Below are positions 44,998-55,104 of a stretch of 64,000 bases of DNA, piece by piece. The stretch spans positions 11,106 through 75,105 of the forward strand of contig JACPLB010000001.1 in NCBI GenBank assembly GCA_016186705.1. Direction: 5' to 3'. Every line of letters starts with the position of its first letter. Position 1 is the first letter of the stretch. Both the position numbers and the translations under genes were made by a program. This DNA comes from Candidatus Kaiserbacteria bacterium (GTDB taxonomy: Bacteria > Patescibacteriota > Minisyncoccia > Phycocordibacterales > JABMNX01). The notes below the pieces were generated by a model. That model made no database searches. It was not told where the DNA came from and saw only the letters and a list, made by a program, of their open reading frames with translations.

Positions 44998-46377
44998 TTA
45001 TAAAAGTTGCTGTTGGGCTTCTTTTAAACGTGCGAGCGTCTCGTTTTTTCCGAAAATTTCCGCAAGCGTAAACGGGTCAGGAGATTTTTCTTTTCCCGAA
45101 AGTGCCACGCGCATCGGCCAGAGCACCGTTCCTCTCCCCTTCTCCTCGGCGTATCTCCATATCGCGTTTTTCACCGTCTCTTTCGTGAATGTCTGCTCTT
45201 GAACGTTCTCAAGCAGTCCAATGACAGCCGATACCACTAAAGCCGCTGTCTCTATAGAGTCTTTTTTCCACTGGATGTCCGTTTCCATGTGAGGCGGAGC
45301 AAAAAAATAATCGAACTCTCCTTTCTCACTCAACTCCCCCAGCTCTTTGAATGTACTTACACGTTCAATAATCGTATCGACTGCTTTTTTGAGGCGTGCG
45401 TCTGAATACTGCGGAAGTCGTCTCGTCTCTCTTGAGAGCGAAGCGGCAACTCGCCGAAACACTTCGGCTTTCGGAAGCTTCTTGAGATGTTCCCGATTGA
45501 ACCAGTCGAGTTTGCGTGAGTCAAACACTGCTCCGCTTTTCTGGACCTGTTCCAGCGAAAAATCTTTTATAAGCTCTTTCATCGTGTACATCTCTTTGTC
45601 AGTACCGGGATTCCAGCCAAGAAACGCGAGGTAATTCAGCATTGCTTCGGGAAGACAGCCGCCCTCCCGATATTCGGTGATTGACGTACTTCCTTTCCGT
45701 TTTGACAGTTTTGAGCGGTTAGGAGCCAAAATGAGCGGAATATGAGCATAATGAGGCTCTTCCATGCCGAGAGCTCTCTGTATGAGTATCTGCCGCGGAG
45801 TATTCGAGATATGGTCATCCCCTCTGATAACGTGCGTTACATTCATCTCATGGTCGTCAATCACAACCGCGAGATGGTAGAGCGGTTCTTTTATTGAACG
45901 CGCGATAACAAAATCTCCAAGCTCTTTGGTATTGAAAGAAATATCGCCTCTGATAATGTCTCTGAAAGAAATATCGGTGCCGGAATTTTTCAAACGCACG
46001 ACTTCGACTTCCCTTCCCTCTTTTTCACTTTTTTCTTTTGACACGTACGCGCGTCCGTTCTTAACAAGCCGTGCGATATACTCCGCGTACACATCCGTTC
46101 TTTCCGACTGGCGAAAAAGAGCGTCAAAGGAAAGCTCAAGCCAGTTCAATCCGTCAAGGATGTCTTTTTCATATTCTTTTTTGCTCCTTTCTTTGTCGGT
46201 ATCTTCGATTCGCACGATGAACTCTCCTCCATGATGCCGTGCGAAAAGAAAATTAAACAACGCGGAACGCGCCGTACCGATATGAAACATGCCTGTGGGA
46301 CTCGGCGCGATTCGTGTTATTACTTTCTCCGAAAAAAACTTCCCGAGGAGTTTTTGGAACAGGAGATTATGACTCAT
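44998..46377 (-). CDS. gltX: Glutamyl-tRNA synthetase
   Basis: APSPTGMFHIG, RIEDTD, HVIRGDDH, KLSKR. Confidence 0.96.
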   Translation of the reverse strand: MSHNLLFQKLLGKFFSEKVITRIAPSPTGMFHIGTARSALFNFLFARHHGGEFIVRIEDTDKERSKKEYEKDILDGLNWLELSFDALFRQSERTDVYAEYIARLVKNGRAYVSKEKSEKEGREVEVVRLKNSGTDISFRDIIRGDISFNTKELGDFVIARSIKEPLYHLAVVIDDHEMNVTHVIRGDDHISNTPRQILIQRALGMEEPHYAHIPLILAPNRSKLSKRKGSTSITEYREGGCLPEAMLNYLAFLGWNPGTDKEMYTMKELIKDFSLEQVQKSGAVFDSRKLDWFNREHLKKLPKAEVFRRVAASLSRETRRLPQYSDARLKKAVDTIIERVSTFKELGELSEKGEFDYFFAPPHMETDIQWKKDSIETAALVVSAVIGLLENVQEQTFTKETVKNAIWRYAEEKGRGTVLWPMRVALSGKEKSPDPFTLAEIFGKNETLARLKEAQQQLL

Positions 46378-47497
46378 GTTCAATGCCGATATTAACAAGC
46401 TCTTCTGCGATAACTTTCGCGGCATCCGGGCGTGAAAACGCTTGCGCGCTCTCCGACATTTTTTTCATCTCGTTCTGATTGTCAAATAAGCGGTTCACTT
46501 CGGACACGAGCAAATGCGGCGTTAAATTGTTTTGCTCTATGACGACTGCGGCACCCGAACGGGCGTACGAAAACGCGTTTACACTCTGGTCTCGCGAAAC
46601 ATCGTGAGGAATTGGGATAATAACAGCTGGCTTATGCGCTGCAGCAGTCTCAAAAATGACTCCCGAGCCGGCGCGAGTAATAACCAAATCTGCCGCGCCG
46701 TACGCCATGCGTAGAGCGAGTATATTAAGAAGACCGAACGGATGATACCGCGTCCTATGCTCCAATCCTTCGAGGATAATGCTCGCGCGGCTTTTTACTT
46801 CCTCATAATTTTTTTCCCCCGCCTGATGGATGACTTGATAACGCGGAAGAAGTTCCGAAAGTGCGTCCAAGACAGCGTTGTTGATTGCTTGAGCCCCTTG
46901 GGAGCCGCCAAGTACGAGGAGCACCGGGATACCCCTTTCAAGGTTAAGATATTCAAATGCCCCCTCTTTCTCGGGCCGAAAAAGCTCCTGGCGAATAGGG
47001 TTCCCCGTATATGCCACCCGTTCGGGCGAGATAGTCGTTACCGCTTCCGGATATGAAATGGCGACACTTCGCGCAAATCGTGCCGCCCAGGCATTCGTGC
47101 GTCCCATGACGGCATCCGATTCATGCACCACTATCGGAATGCGCAAGAGCCGCGCCGCAAGCACCGTCGGAAAACTCGCATACCCCCCTTTTGAGAATAC
47201 GACATCGGGATAAATAAAAAAAAGTTTTACGAGTGCGAGAGCCGCTCCCCAGAGAGTCTTTAGCATGTCGATGTAATTCCATATCGACGCATAATTACGC
47301 AGTTTTCCGGCAGTGCTGTACTGATGCTCTATATTAAGTTCAACAAGCGCCCTCTCGTCAAAGGGTTTCGGTCCAAAATAGTACAATTGAGGGGGGAGAA
47401 GTTTCTTTTCGGCAACGACGTCTTTTATTTTCTCCGCGACGGCGATAATAGGATAAAAATGTCCGCCGGTTCCTCCTCCCGTAAAAACAATTTTCAT
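46367..47497 (-). CDS. murG: MurG glycosyltransferase
   Basis: GGGTGGHFYP, KGGYAS, GNPIR, GGSQGA. Confidence 0.97.
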   Translation of the reverse strand: MKIVFTGGGTGGHFYPIIAVAEKIKDVVAEKKLLPPQLYYFGPKPFDERALVELNIEHQYSTAGKLRNYASIWNYIDMLKTLWGAALALVKLFFIYPDVVFSKGGYASFPTVLAARLLRIPIVVHESDAVMGRTNAWAARFARSVAISYPEAVTTISPERVAYTGNPIRQELFRPEKEGAFEYLNLERGIPVLLVLGGSQGAQAINNAVLDALSELLPRYQVIHQAGEKNYEEVKSRASIILEGLEHRTRYHPFGLLNILALRMAYGAADLVITRAGSGVIFETAAAHKPAVIIPIPHDVSRDQSVNAFSYARSGAAVVIEQNNLTPHLLVSEVNRLFDNQNEMKKMSESAQAFSRPDAAKVIAEELVNIGIEHES

Positions 47498-48582
47498 GAT
47501 TTCAGGTATTTAGACACATTGAGAACAATACCGACACTCGTAAGCGCGAAAAGCATCGCAGTACCTCCATGGCTGATAAACAAGAGCGGTACGCCGGTGA
47601 GCGGAAATACGCCGAGCATTGAGCCGATATTAATAAATGATTGAGATGTAATCAGTATAACAATTCCAACAACAAGGAGTCCACCGAAATAATCGGGGGC
47701 ACGAGACGCGATTTTTAAACCGCGAAACGCAAACGCAAGGAAGAGAAAAATGAGTATAAGCCCCCCGATGAAACCGAATTCCTCGGCGGCGACCGCGAAA
47801 ATGGAATCCCCTATTGGTTCGGGGAGATAATTGAATTTTTGGACGCTTTGCCCGAACCCCCTGCCGGAGATGCCTCCCGAGCCGATAGCGATGAGTGATT
47901 GGTTAAGTTGGTAGCCCGATTCCTGGAGATTCGCGCTCGGGTCTAAATATGTCTCCAGTCTGTCTTGCAGATACGGGCGCTTTGTGACAAGAAACGAGAA
48001 TATAATCGTGCTTATGACAAGGAGAATTATGAGGTCTCGAATTTTTGCCCCTGCGACGATATACATCGCAATTCCCGCGGACGCGAGAACGAGTGTCGAG
48101 CCGGTATCCGGCTGAAGCAAAAGAATGCCCCCTGCCGCTCCGAGTAAAAGGACAAAGGGTATAAGACCGTATCGATACTCTTCAATCTTATTTCTCACTG
48201 ATGAGAGGTATGCCGCAAGACACATGACAAAACCGATTTTGAGAAACTCAACAGGCTGGAACGTGAAGCCGAAAAGTTCGATCCACCGCTTCGCGCCGTG
48301 CGCCTCAAAACCGAGCCCCGGCACGAACACAAGAAGAGCCGCGAGCATTGAGAGCGCGAAAATGTAAGGCGCGTACCCTCTCCAATACCGATAGCGAATA
48401 TTCGTGGTGATAAAAAGAAACACAGTTCCAAGCACCATCCCAAAGAAAATTTGACTGAATGCGACCGAGGAAAAGCGTGCCCCTTCTCTCGCGAGAAGGC
48501 CCAATGACGCGGACGTGAAAATAAAAAAGCCGACAACGACAAGGATAATGGTGATAAAGAGAAGCTGTCGGTCTATCCTCAT
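47494..48582 (-). CDS. ftsW: SEDS family FtsW
   Basis: GAKRWI, QPVEFLK, QPDTG, DSIFAVAAEEFG, PLLFISHGG. Confidence 0.94.
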   Translation of the reverse strand: MRIDRQLLFITIILVVVGFFIFTSASLGLLAREGARFSSVAFSQIFFGMVLGTVFLFITTNIRYRYWRGYAPYIFALSMLAALLVFVPGLGFEAHGAKRWIELFGFTFQPVEFLKIGFVMCLAAYLSSVRNKIEEYRYGLIPFVLLLGAAGGILLLQPDTGSTLVLASAGIAMYIVAGAKIRDLIILLVISTIIFSFLVTKRPYLQDRLETYLDPSANLQESGYQLNQSLIAIGSGGISGRGFGQSVQKFNYLPEPIGDSIFAVAAEEFGFIGGLILIFLFLAFAFRGLKIASRAPDYFGGLLVVGIVILITSQSFINIGSMLGVFPLTGVPLLFISHGGTAMLFALTSVGIVLNVSKYLKS

Positions 48583-48589
48583 ACCGCCG

Positions 48590-49657
48590 TCAGCCGGTGA
48601 GGGCAATGATGATTCCGATAACGGCAAAAACGACACTCACGATCCAGTAGCGCATGGTTACTTTGTACCCCGGCCAGCCGATTGCCTCAAAATGGTGATG
48701 AATGGGGGCGACTTTGAAAATCTTTTCCCCTCTGTATTTTTTTGAAAGCACCTGAAGAATATTGGAGAGTACGGTCATGACGAGAAGCACCGCGATGATC
48801 GGGAGCACTGCGATACCCTCCCCTCCTCCGAGTGTATCCGTCATGAACGCGATAACGGCGATGGTCATCGTCAGGCCCATAGTGCCGGTTTCCGTCATCC
48901 AAAAACGCGCCGGAGGAATATTGAACCACAAGAACGCGAGAAGCGCTCCTACGACCGCCGCGCAAAATGCCGCGAGGTCAAGCTGTTCCTGGTAAAAGGC
49001 AATGCCGGCGTACGCGGCAAAGATAGACGCAAAGACGCCTCCGGAGAGCCCGTCAATGCCGTCAATAACTCCGCTTGCGTAGAGAGCAATGGAGACGAGC
49101 ATAAAGAAAGGAATAATGAGCCAGCCGATGAAAAAGTCGCCGTTAAAAGGTACGGCGATGCTTGTAATGTCGAGTTTTTCAAAAAACCACCAGCCGATGA
49201 AAAGAGAAACGGCGCCGACAACGAGAAGCCGCACTTTTAGCGTGATACCTTTTTCTCCCGAAAGCGACGTAATGTCAAAAATGTCGTTTGCGAGACCGAC
49301 CAATGCTCCGATAAGGAGGGTTGAGAACGGGATCCACGTCTGGTTTCTGCTTAAAAAATCAAGCTTGCTGAACGCGCTTCCCTCAAAGAAAGTCCCCAAG
49401 AGCCACAGGAGCACTGTGGTGATGAGTACGCTTCCCCATATAACGATACCGCCCATCCGTGGCGTATGCGTCTCAACATGAGCCCGTAATCTCCCGAACT
49501 CCTCCGCTTTCTTTCCGTCAAGCGCGGTTTTTCCAGGGCTCTTTTTCCATGCCTTGAACGCGTAGAGGTAATGGGTGACAATCGGAGTAATTGCGATGCC
49601 AATGAAAAAGGTCAAGGCGGCGGGGACGATGACTTTAACGATATCAATAACCACCAT
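48590..49657 (-). CDS. mraY: Phospho-MurNAc-pentapeptide transferase
   Basis: TPRMGG, DGIDGL, FNIPPA, APIHHHFE. Confidence 0.94.
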   Translation of the reverse strand: MVVIDIVKVIVPAALTFFIGIAITPIVTHYLYAFKAWKKSPGKTALDGKKAEEFGRLRAHVETHTPRMGGIVIWGSVLITTVLLWLLGTFFEGSAFSKLDFLSRNQTWIPFSTLLIGALVGLANDIFDITSLSGEKGITLKVRLLVVGAVSLFIGWWFFEKLDITSIAVPFNGDFFIGWLIIPFFMLVSIALYASGVIDGIDGLSGGVFASIFAAYAGIAFYQEQLDLAAFCAAVVGALLAFLWFNIPPARFWMTETGTMGLTMTIAVIAFMTDTLGGGEGIAVLPIIAVLLVMTVLSNILQVLSKKYRGEKIFKVAPIHHHFEAIGWPGYKVTMRYWIVSVVFAVIGIIIALTG

Positions 49658-49710
49658 TGTGCTCTATTGTACCGCGCCTCTTCCCTTGGGCAAACGGATA
49701 CGCTTGTTTC

Positions 49711-50676
49711 TTACTGGGCAATCCTTTTAAGACTCGCCCGTACCAGTTTTTCAATATCATTGAATCTTCCTTCGTACGAGGAGCCGAGTACAACAGCGAC
49801 AACCGGATGATTGATGCCTGCATTAAATACAACGACAATATTGCCGCCGGCAAGGTCAGTAAAGCCGGTTTTCGACGCTATGATTCCGGGAATTTTCCCA
49901 ATGGCGGCATTGGTATTCGTGGCGCCGTAGGTAAATGCATCCTCGGAAATGAAATGGAGAGCACTGTAGGACGTCGCCTCAAGGATTTCCGGGCGCTTCA
50001 CGGTAAACGCCGTAAGAGTGCCCATGTCTTTAGCGGAACCATACCCGCCGCTTACGGCAGTGCTTACGTCAAGCCCGCTTTCGTTAATAAAAAAAGATTG
50101 CGTGAGCCCGAGTTCGTGCGCTTTCTGATTCATGCGGGCAATAAATCGCGCGTGCGGGTTGGAATTTTCGTCTTCGGCGAGTACAAAAGCGCCCGCGACT
50201 CCCGCGATTGCGTGAGCGCCGTCGTTTGAAGAGACGAGGAGCGTGTAATCGAGAAGTTTTCTGAACGTCCAACGCTCACCGGGCTTAAGTCCGCTGTCTC
50301 CCTCGATTGCCACTGATTCCTCGGTAAGCGTAATGGGAGTGTTGTCCGAGATGAGCTCCGAGGCGACAAGAGCCGTCATGACTTTTGTGAGTGACGCAAG
50401 CGGCAATTGCGCGGTTTCGTTTTTTGTAAAATAAACCCGGTCTTCGGCAATGTCATAGACGTATGCCGCCTTGGCTTCAAGGAATAATCCCTCAAAAGGA
50501 TTTGCGTTCTGAATATCGTGAGATTCTTGTCCTTCTTGGCCTCCTTCAGGAACGTGTCCGTTGCCATTCAAAAGAACGATGGTCGCAATCGTAAGTACCC
50601 CCAGAAGGGCGATGCGAAAGAAGACCGTTTTTGAACTCTCCTTTTCTTTATGTTCTTCTGAATTGTTATTCCCCAT
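49711..50676 (-). CDS. D-alanyl-D-alanine carboxypeptidase (S11)
   Basis: ASLTK, SSND, KTGFT. Confidence 0.92.
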   Translation of the reverse strand: MGNNNSEEHKEKESSKTVFFRIALLGVLTIATIVLLNGNGHVPEGGQEGQESHDIQNANPFEGLFLEAKAAYVYDIAEDRVYFTKNETAQLPLASLTKVMTALVASELISDNTPITLTEESVAIEGDSGLKPGERWTFRKLLDYTLLVSSNDGAHAIAGVAGAFVLAEDENSNPHARFIARMNQKAHELGLTQSFFINESGLDVSTAVSGGYGSAKDMGTLTAFTVKRPEILEATSYSALHFISEDAFTYGATNTNAAIGKIPGIIASKTGFTDLAGGNIVVVFNAGINHPVVAVVLGSSYEGRFNDIEKLVRASLKRIAQ

Positions 50677-51220
50677 GTTCTTTATGCTCCGTTTCAAAGA
50701 GTTTCATTTCTTCTCTTACTTCTTTGTATTCCGGCAATTCATCAATCGCGGATATGCCGAGAAACGAAAAGAGTTCCACAGTGGGACGGTACAAAAATCC
50801 TCTCATGTCTTTCGGATTCGGTATTCTCTCGACGAGACCGCGGACGAGGAGACTTCTGATGATGAAGGTGGAATTGACTCCCCGAATAAAATCAATTTCT
50901 CCGCGGGTGACCGGTCCGCGATAGAGCACGATGGAGAGCGTCTCGAGCCCGGCTTTCCCTAAATCTTTTGAGAGCTCCTCTTTTCTGATTCTTTGGAGGA
51001 GCGGAGAATAGTCGGGCGCGGTGCGAAGCGCCACCTCATCGTCCTTTTCAAGGAGCAGGACGCCGCGCCCGTTAAGCTTTTCTTTGAGGGATATGAGCCC
51101 ATTGTCAATTTCCGCCAAAGGTGCGCCAAGCGCCGTCCCGAGCCATTTTCTTGTGACCGGCTCGTTTTTAAAAAAAAGAATCGCTTCAATTTGTGCGGTA
51201 ATGTCTTCCATGCTACTCAT
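50666..51220 (-). CDS. scpB: SMC-Scp complex subunit ScpB
   Basis: IEAILF, LETLSIVLY, IRGVNS, LP. Confidence 0.93.
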   Translation of the reverse strand: MSSMEDITAQIEAILFFKNEPVTRKWLGTALGAPLAEIDNGLISLKEKLNGRGVLLLEKDDEVALRTAPDYSPLLQRIRKEELSKDLGKAGLETLSIVLYRGPVTRGEIDFIRGVNSTFIIRSLLVRGLVERIPNPKDMRGFLYRPTVELFSFLGISAIDELPEYKEVREEMKLFETEHKEHGE

Positions 51221-51950
51221 ATTTCGGGACACCGAGCGTATCGGCCTCCATTGTGATATCCTCAAAAGTTTTTTCTTGCGTGGCGTTAATTATACCCTGC
51301 TTGACGAGTTCAAGCATCGCGAGAAAACTCACGATAACCTCAATCTTCTCATTCTTTTTTGCATTCGCAAATTCGCCGAAATTCATCCGCAAGCTCTGGG
51401 TAATCCGTGACGTAAGATTTTCTATCGCTTCTTCTATGCTCATGATTTTCTTGACGACGGCCTCCGGAAGGAATTCCGTTATGGGAAGGTTTGCGATGAC
51501 CCGTTTTATAGTTTCTTGCATTGAGCGTATTGAAACGTCATGTGCAGGTGAGAAGAGCGGCTCTACGTTCTTGCTCTCTTCCGCTTCAAAGAGCACTCGC
51601 GCTCCAAAACGCCCGGAAACATGCGCGGAGAGGGCTTTGATGCGTTTGTAGAGCATAAGCCGCTCCTCAAGAATCTTAATATCCTCCTCCTCAGTGTCAG
51701 TCAGAGAGAGCGTCGGCAGGAGCGATTTTGACTTGATGAGAAGGAGCGTTGAGGCGACGAGCACGAAGTGGGAAGTTTGTGAGAGAGGAAATTCCTGTTT
51801 GTCCTTCAAGTATTCAATGTAGTCGTCCGCAACAGCGGCAAGAGAGACGTCATTGATGGGAAGTTTCCGTTTTTCAATCAGGGCGAGGAGGAGGTCGAGC
51901 GGCCCTTCAAATCCGTCAAGTTTTACCTTAAACTCGTCCGCCATACTCAA
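51213..51950 (-). CDS. scpA: Segregation/condensation protein ScpA
   Basis: FEGPLDLLL, IKSKSLLP, FLAMLEL. Confidence 0.94.
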   Translation of the reverse strand: MSMADEFKVKLDGFEGPLDLLLALIEKRKLPINDVSLAAVADDYIEYLKDKQEFPLSQTSHFVLVASTLLLIKSKSLLPTLSLTDTEEEDIKILEERLMLYKRIKALSAHVSGRFGARVLFEAEESKNVEPLFSPAHDVSIRSMQETIKRVIANLPITEFLPEAVVKKIMSIEEAIENLTSRITQSLRMNFGEFANAKKNEKIEVIVSFLAMLELVKQGIINATQEKTFEDITMEADTLGVPKYE

Positions 51951-53287
51951 TCGGAAAGAAGTATGTCTATCCGGTTCATTTCCCGGGGAAAGAGCGTCGC
52001 TTCTTTGATATTCTCAAGTCCGAGCATTTTCTCCGTTAGGCGCTCAAGTCCCATCCCCCACCCGCCGTGGGGCGGCATGCCGTATTGAAATGTCTGAAGA
52101 TAGAACGAGAAATTGTCGGGATTGAGACCTCGTTCTTTGAGTTTTTTCACGAGTGTATCGTAGTCGTGCACACGCTGTCCCCCCGTTGCAACTTCAATGC
52201 CTCTAAAGAGGAGGTCAAAACTTTTGGTATATCCAGCATCGTTCTCGTCTTCAAATGTGTAAAATGGACGTTTGGAAGCCGGATAGTGTGTAATGAAGAT
52301 AAAATCAGATTTAAATTCTTTTGCCGAGTATTCGCAAAGCCACTTTTCTTGCGCGGGTGAGAGGTCGGGTTCTTTTGTCGAGTCCTCGCCCGTTTCCTTA
52401 AAGATAAGAGTTTGCGCGTCCCGGAGTTTCATGACCGGAAACGTCGTGGGACAAAGCGCTGACGCCGCTTTAAGAGAAGAGAGTTCCCGCTCACACGCCG
52501 TACCGACCGCTTTGACGATTGAGCGAATGACTTTCGTGAGCACATCCATAACGGTCTCATGACTTTCTATAAATCCCATTTCGGCGTCAAGACTCGTGTA
52601 TTCATTGAGATGCCTCGTCGTACTGTGCTTTTCGGCGCGAAAAACGTTTCCAACGGTAAACACTTTTTCAAAAACCCCGACCATAATCTGCTTGTAGAGC
52701 TGGGGGCTTGTGGCAAGATACGCAGTCTTATCGTAAAAATATTCCACCTTGAAAGCGTTCGCCCCTCCTTCCGCGTCATTTCCCACAAGTTTTGGTGCTT
52801 GAAACTCAACAAAATCCATTGTGATAAGCGTGTCTCGGTACGCTCTCATTATTTCCGATTGCACCTTAAAAATATCTTTGCCCTTCTTTGAGCGGAGCGT
52901 AAGCGGCATGTAATCAAGGTATGTATCAATGTTTAGCTCCGTGTCCTTATCAAACGGTAATTCCTGCGCCTCGTTTAGAATCGACATGCTCTGAATTTCA
53001 AGTTCAATGTCCCCGTTTAAAGTATCGGAGTTGACCATGTTATCCGGTCGCGCGTTCACTACTCCCCCTATTTTTACTACCCACTCCGAACGAAGTTTCT
53101 GGACGACCTCTTTTTCAGCGTTGGAGAGCTTCCCCTTGGGCAGAACGACACACTGCACCATACCCGTGCCGTCGCGGATATCAAGAAAAATGAGCTTGCC
53201 GTGGTCGCGTCTGACGTCAACCCAGCCGGCAATAGCGACTTCTTTTCCAATATGCTTTTTGAGATGTTGTATCGCTATTCGTTTCAT
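51947..53287 (-). CDS. aspS: Aspartate-tRNA(Asp/Asn) ligase, short archaeal-like type
   Basis: AEGGA, SPQLYKQ, FRAEKH..RH, GGQR, GMPPHGG. Confidence 0.9.
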   Translation of the reverse strand: MKRIAIQHLKKHIGKEVAIAGWVDVRRDHGKLIFLDIRDGTGMVQCVVLPKGKLSNAEKEVVQKLRSEWVVKIGGVVNARPDNMVNSDTLNGDIELEIQSMSILNEAQELPFDKDTELNIDTYLDYMPLTLRSKKGKDIFKVQSEIMRAYRDTLITMDFVEFQAPKLVGNDAEGGANAFKVEYFYDKTAYLATSPQLYKQIMVGVFEKVFTVGNVFRAEKHSTTRHLNEYTSLDAEMGFIESHETVMDVLTKVIRSIVKAVGTACERELSSLKAASALCPTTFPVMKLRDAQTLIFKETGEDSTKEPDLSPAQEKWLCEYSAKEFKSDFIFITHYPASKRPFYTFEDENDAGYTKSFDLLFRGIEVATGGQRVHDYDTLVKKLKERGLNPDNFSFYLQTFQYGMPPHGGWGMGLERLTEKMLGLENIKEATLFPREMNRIDILLSD

Positions 53288-53292
53288 ATCTT

Positions 53293-54249
53293 TCAGTATG
53301 TCGTAACAATTCCCGCTTTCTTACGCACGTCTTTCATCTTTTTTTCGGCTTTCCCGCGCATCTTTTCTCCGGAGGCCGCAAGAATCTTTTTTACGTATGA
53401 TTCGTCCTCTGCCAATTCATCTCGGCGCGCTCGAAACGGCGCGATAAATGCATCAATGTCTTCAATAAGCGTCTCTTTGAGCGCTTTATAGTTTCCGACG
53501 TTTGCGTCATAGAGTTCTTGAAGTTCCGCTTCGCTCTTGAAAAGTTTGTGAATCGCGTAAACATGTTCCGGACGGGCGCCGGAGGAGTCGGTGACGATAC
53601 TCATCACCTGTTTTGAAAGTTCGTCTCGCGAAGCGAAGAGCGGAATGGTGTTCCCGTAGCTTTTGCTCATTTTTCTTCCGTCAATTCCCGGCACGGTAGC
53701 GACACTCTCTTGTATGCGGACTTGAGGAAGAGTAAAAGTCTCTCCGTATGCTTGATTGAATTTCTGCGCGATGTCGCGCGCCATCTCCACGTGCTGTTTT
53801 TGGTCGGCGCCGACAGGAACGATTTCGGCGTCAAAGATAAGAATGTCCGACGCCATGAGGACCGGATAATCAAAAAGTCCCACAGTCGCTTCAAGCCCTT
53901 GCGCGGTTTTGTCTTTATAGGCAACGGCGCGGGAGAGATACGGTACAGTAATGAGTGTATTGAAAATCCATGCGAGTTCGGTCACGTGCGGCACGTCTGC
54001 CTGCACGAAAAGCGTCACTTTTTTCGGGTCAATGCCCGCCGCCAGATAATCCATCGCGGCACTCATTGTGTCTTTTGAGAGCTGTTCTTTATCTCTGACG
54101 CTCGTGAGCGCGTGGTAATTGACGATGGAGAAATAAGATTCGTACTTATCTTGAAGCTCAATGACCTGCTTCATTGCGCCAAAATAATTTCCAATGTGGA
54201 GTTGTCCTGAAGGCTGAATGCCGGAGACGAGTATCTTTGTGCCGCTCAT
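53293..54249 (-). CDS. trpS: Tryptophanyl-tRNA synthetase
   Basis: SGIQPSG, HIGN, YPVLMASDI, VPVGADQ, KMSKS. Confidence 0.97.
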   Translation of the reverse strand: MSGTKILVSGIQPSGQLHIGNYFGAMKQVIELQDKYESYFSIVNYHALTSVRDKEQLSKDTMSAAMDYLAAGIDPKKVTLFVQADVPHVTELAWIFNTLITVPYLSRAVAYKDKTAQGLEATVGLFDYPVLMASDILIFDAEIVPVGADQKQHVEMARDIAQKFNQAYGETFTLPQVRIQESVATVPGIDGRKMSKSYGNTIPLFASRDELSKQVMSIVTDSSGARPEHVYAIHKLFKSEAELQELYDANVGNYKALKETLIEDIDAFIAPFRARRDELAEDESYVKKILAASGEKMRGKAEKKMKDVRKKAGIVTTY

Positions 54250-54302
54250 TTCAAAAATAGTACCAGAAAACGGCAATTTTGGAAGTGTGTGAGACCTGTA
54301 GA

Positions 54303-55019
54303 TTATTCAGTAAAGACTTTTTTCAGAATACCGCTTTTTTCTATGTCTCTACCGGTCCCCCTCGCAACAATTTCCCCGCGAACCAGCACGTATGCCCTGT
54401 GTGCTATTTCGAGCAACGTCTTAAGATTATGTTCGACAACAAGGATGGTTGTCTTTCTGCGTTCGTTAATTTCCTTTATTTTTGCAAAAACCTGCTTAAC
54501 CAATTTGGGCGAAAGACCAAGAGTCGGCTCATCAAGGAGTAGTACCTTGGGGTCTGTCATTAACCCCCGAGCTAATACGAGCATTTGCTGTTGTCCTCCT
54601 GAAAGGGTTTTTGCTGAAGCATTGAGCTTGGTCTTTAAATCCGGGAAAATATCCAGTACCTCCTCAATGCGGCGATTCCTTTCCTTTTTGTTGTGAATGA
54701 TATAACCTCCTATTTCTAAATTTTCTTTAACGGAAAGTCGCGTAAAGACCTGTCTTCCCTGCGGCACATAGGAAATCCCACGCTGTACCATTTCATGCGG
54801 AATCGGCACCACCTCTGTTTCATGCCACTCTACCCGGCCTCTGCTAGGACTCGCCAATCCGAAGATTGATTTAATGATAGTGGATTTGCCGGCGCCGTTA
54901 GGACCCATAAGAGCCACAATTTCCCCCTCATCAATCTGAATTGTCGCGTTGTCAAGAGCTAGAACTCCTCCATAATGTACAGAAGCGTTTTCTAACTTGA
55001 GTAGAATTTCTTTTTGCAT
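54303..55019 (-). CDS. livF: Liv-type ABC ATP-binding protein (LivF)
   Basis: GPNGAGKS, LSGGQQQML, LLDEPTLGLSP. Confidence 0.9.
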   Translation of the reverse strand: MQKEILLKLENASVHYGGVLALDNATIQIDEGEIVALMGPNGAGKSTIIKSIFGLASPSRGRVEWHETEVVPIPHEMVQRGISYVPQGRQVFTRLSVKENLEIGGYIIHNKKERNRRIEEVLDIFPDLKTKLNASAKTLSGGQQQMLVLARGLMTDPKVLLLDEPTLGLSPKLVKQVFAKIKEINERRKTTILVVEHNLKTLLEIAHRAYVLVRGEIVARGTGRDIEKSGILKKVFTE

Positions 55020-55045
55020 TCTCTTTATCTTACGCTACATTGTCA

Positions 55046-55084
55046 AAAATAAAAACTCTGTACGGGCGCAGAGTTTTTATTTTT
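55046..55084. terminator. Bidirectional hairpin terminator
   Basis: AAAATAAAAACTCTG-TACGGGCG-CAGAGTTTTTATTTT. Confidence 0.7.
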
Positions 55085-55104
55085 AAATCTCTATAAGACC
55101 CTAA

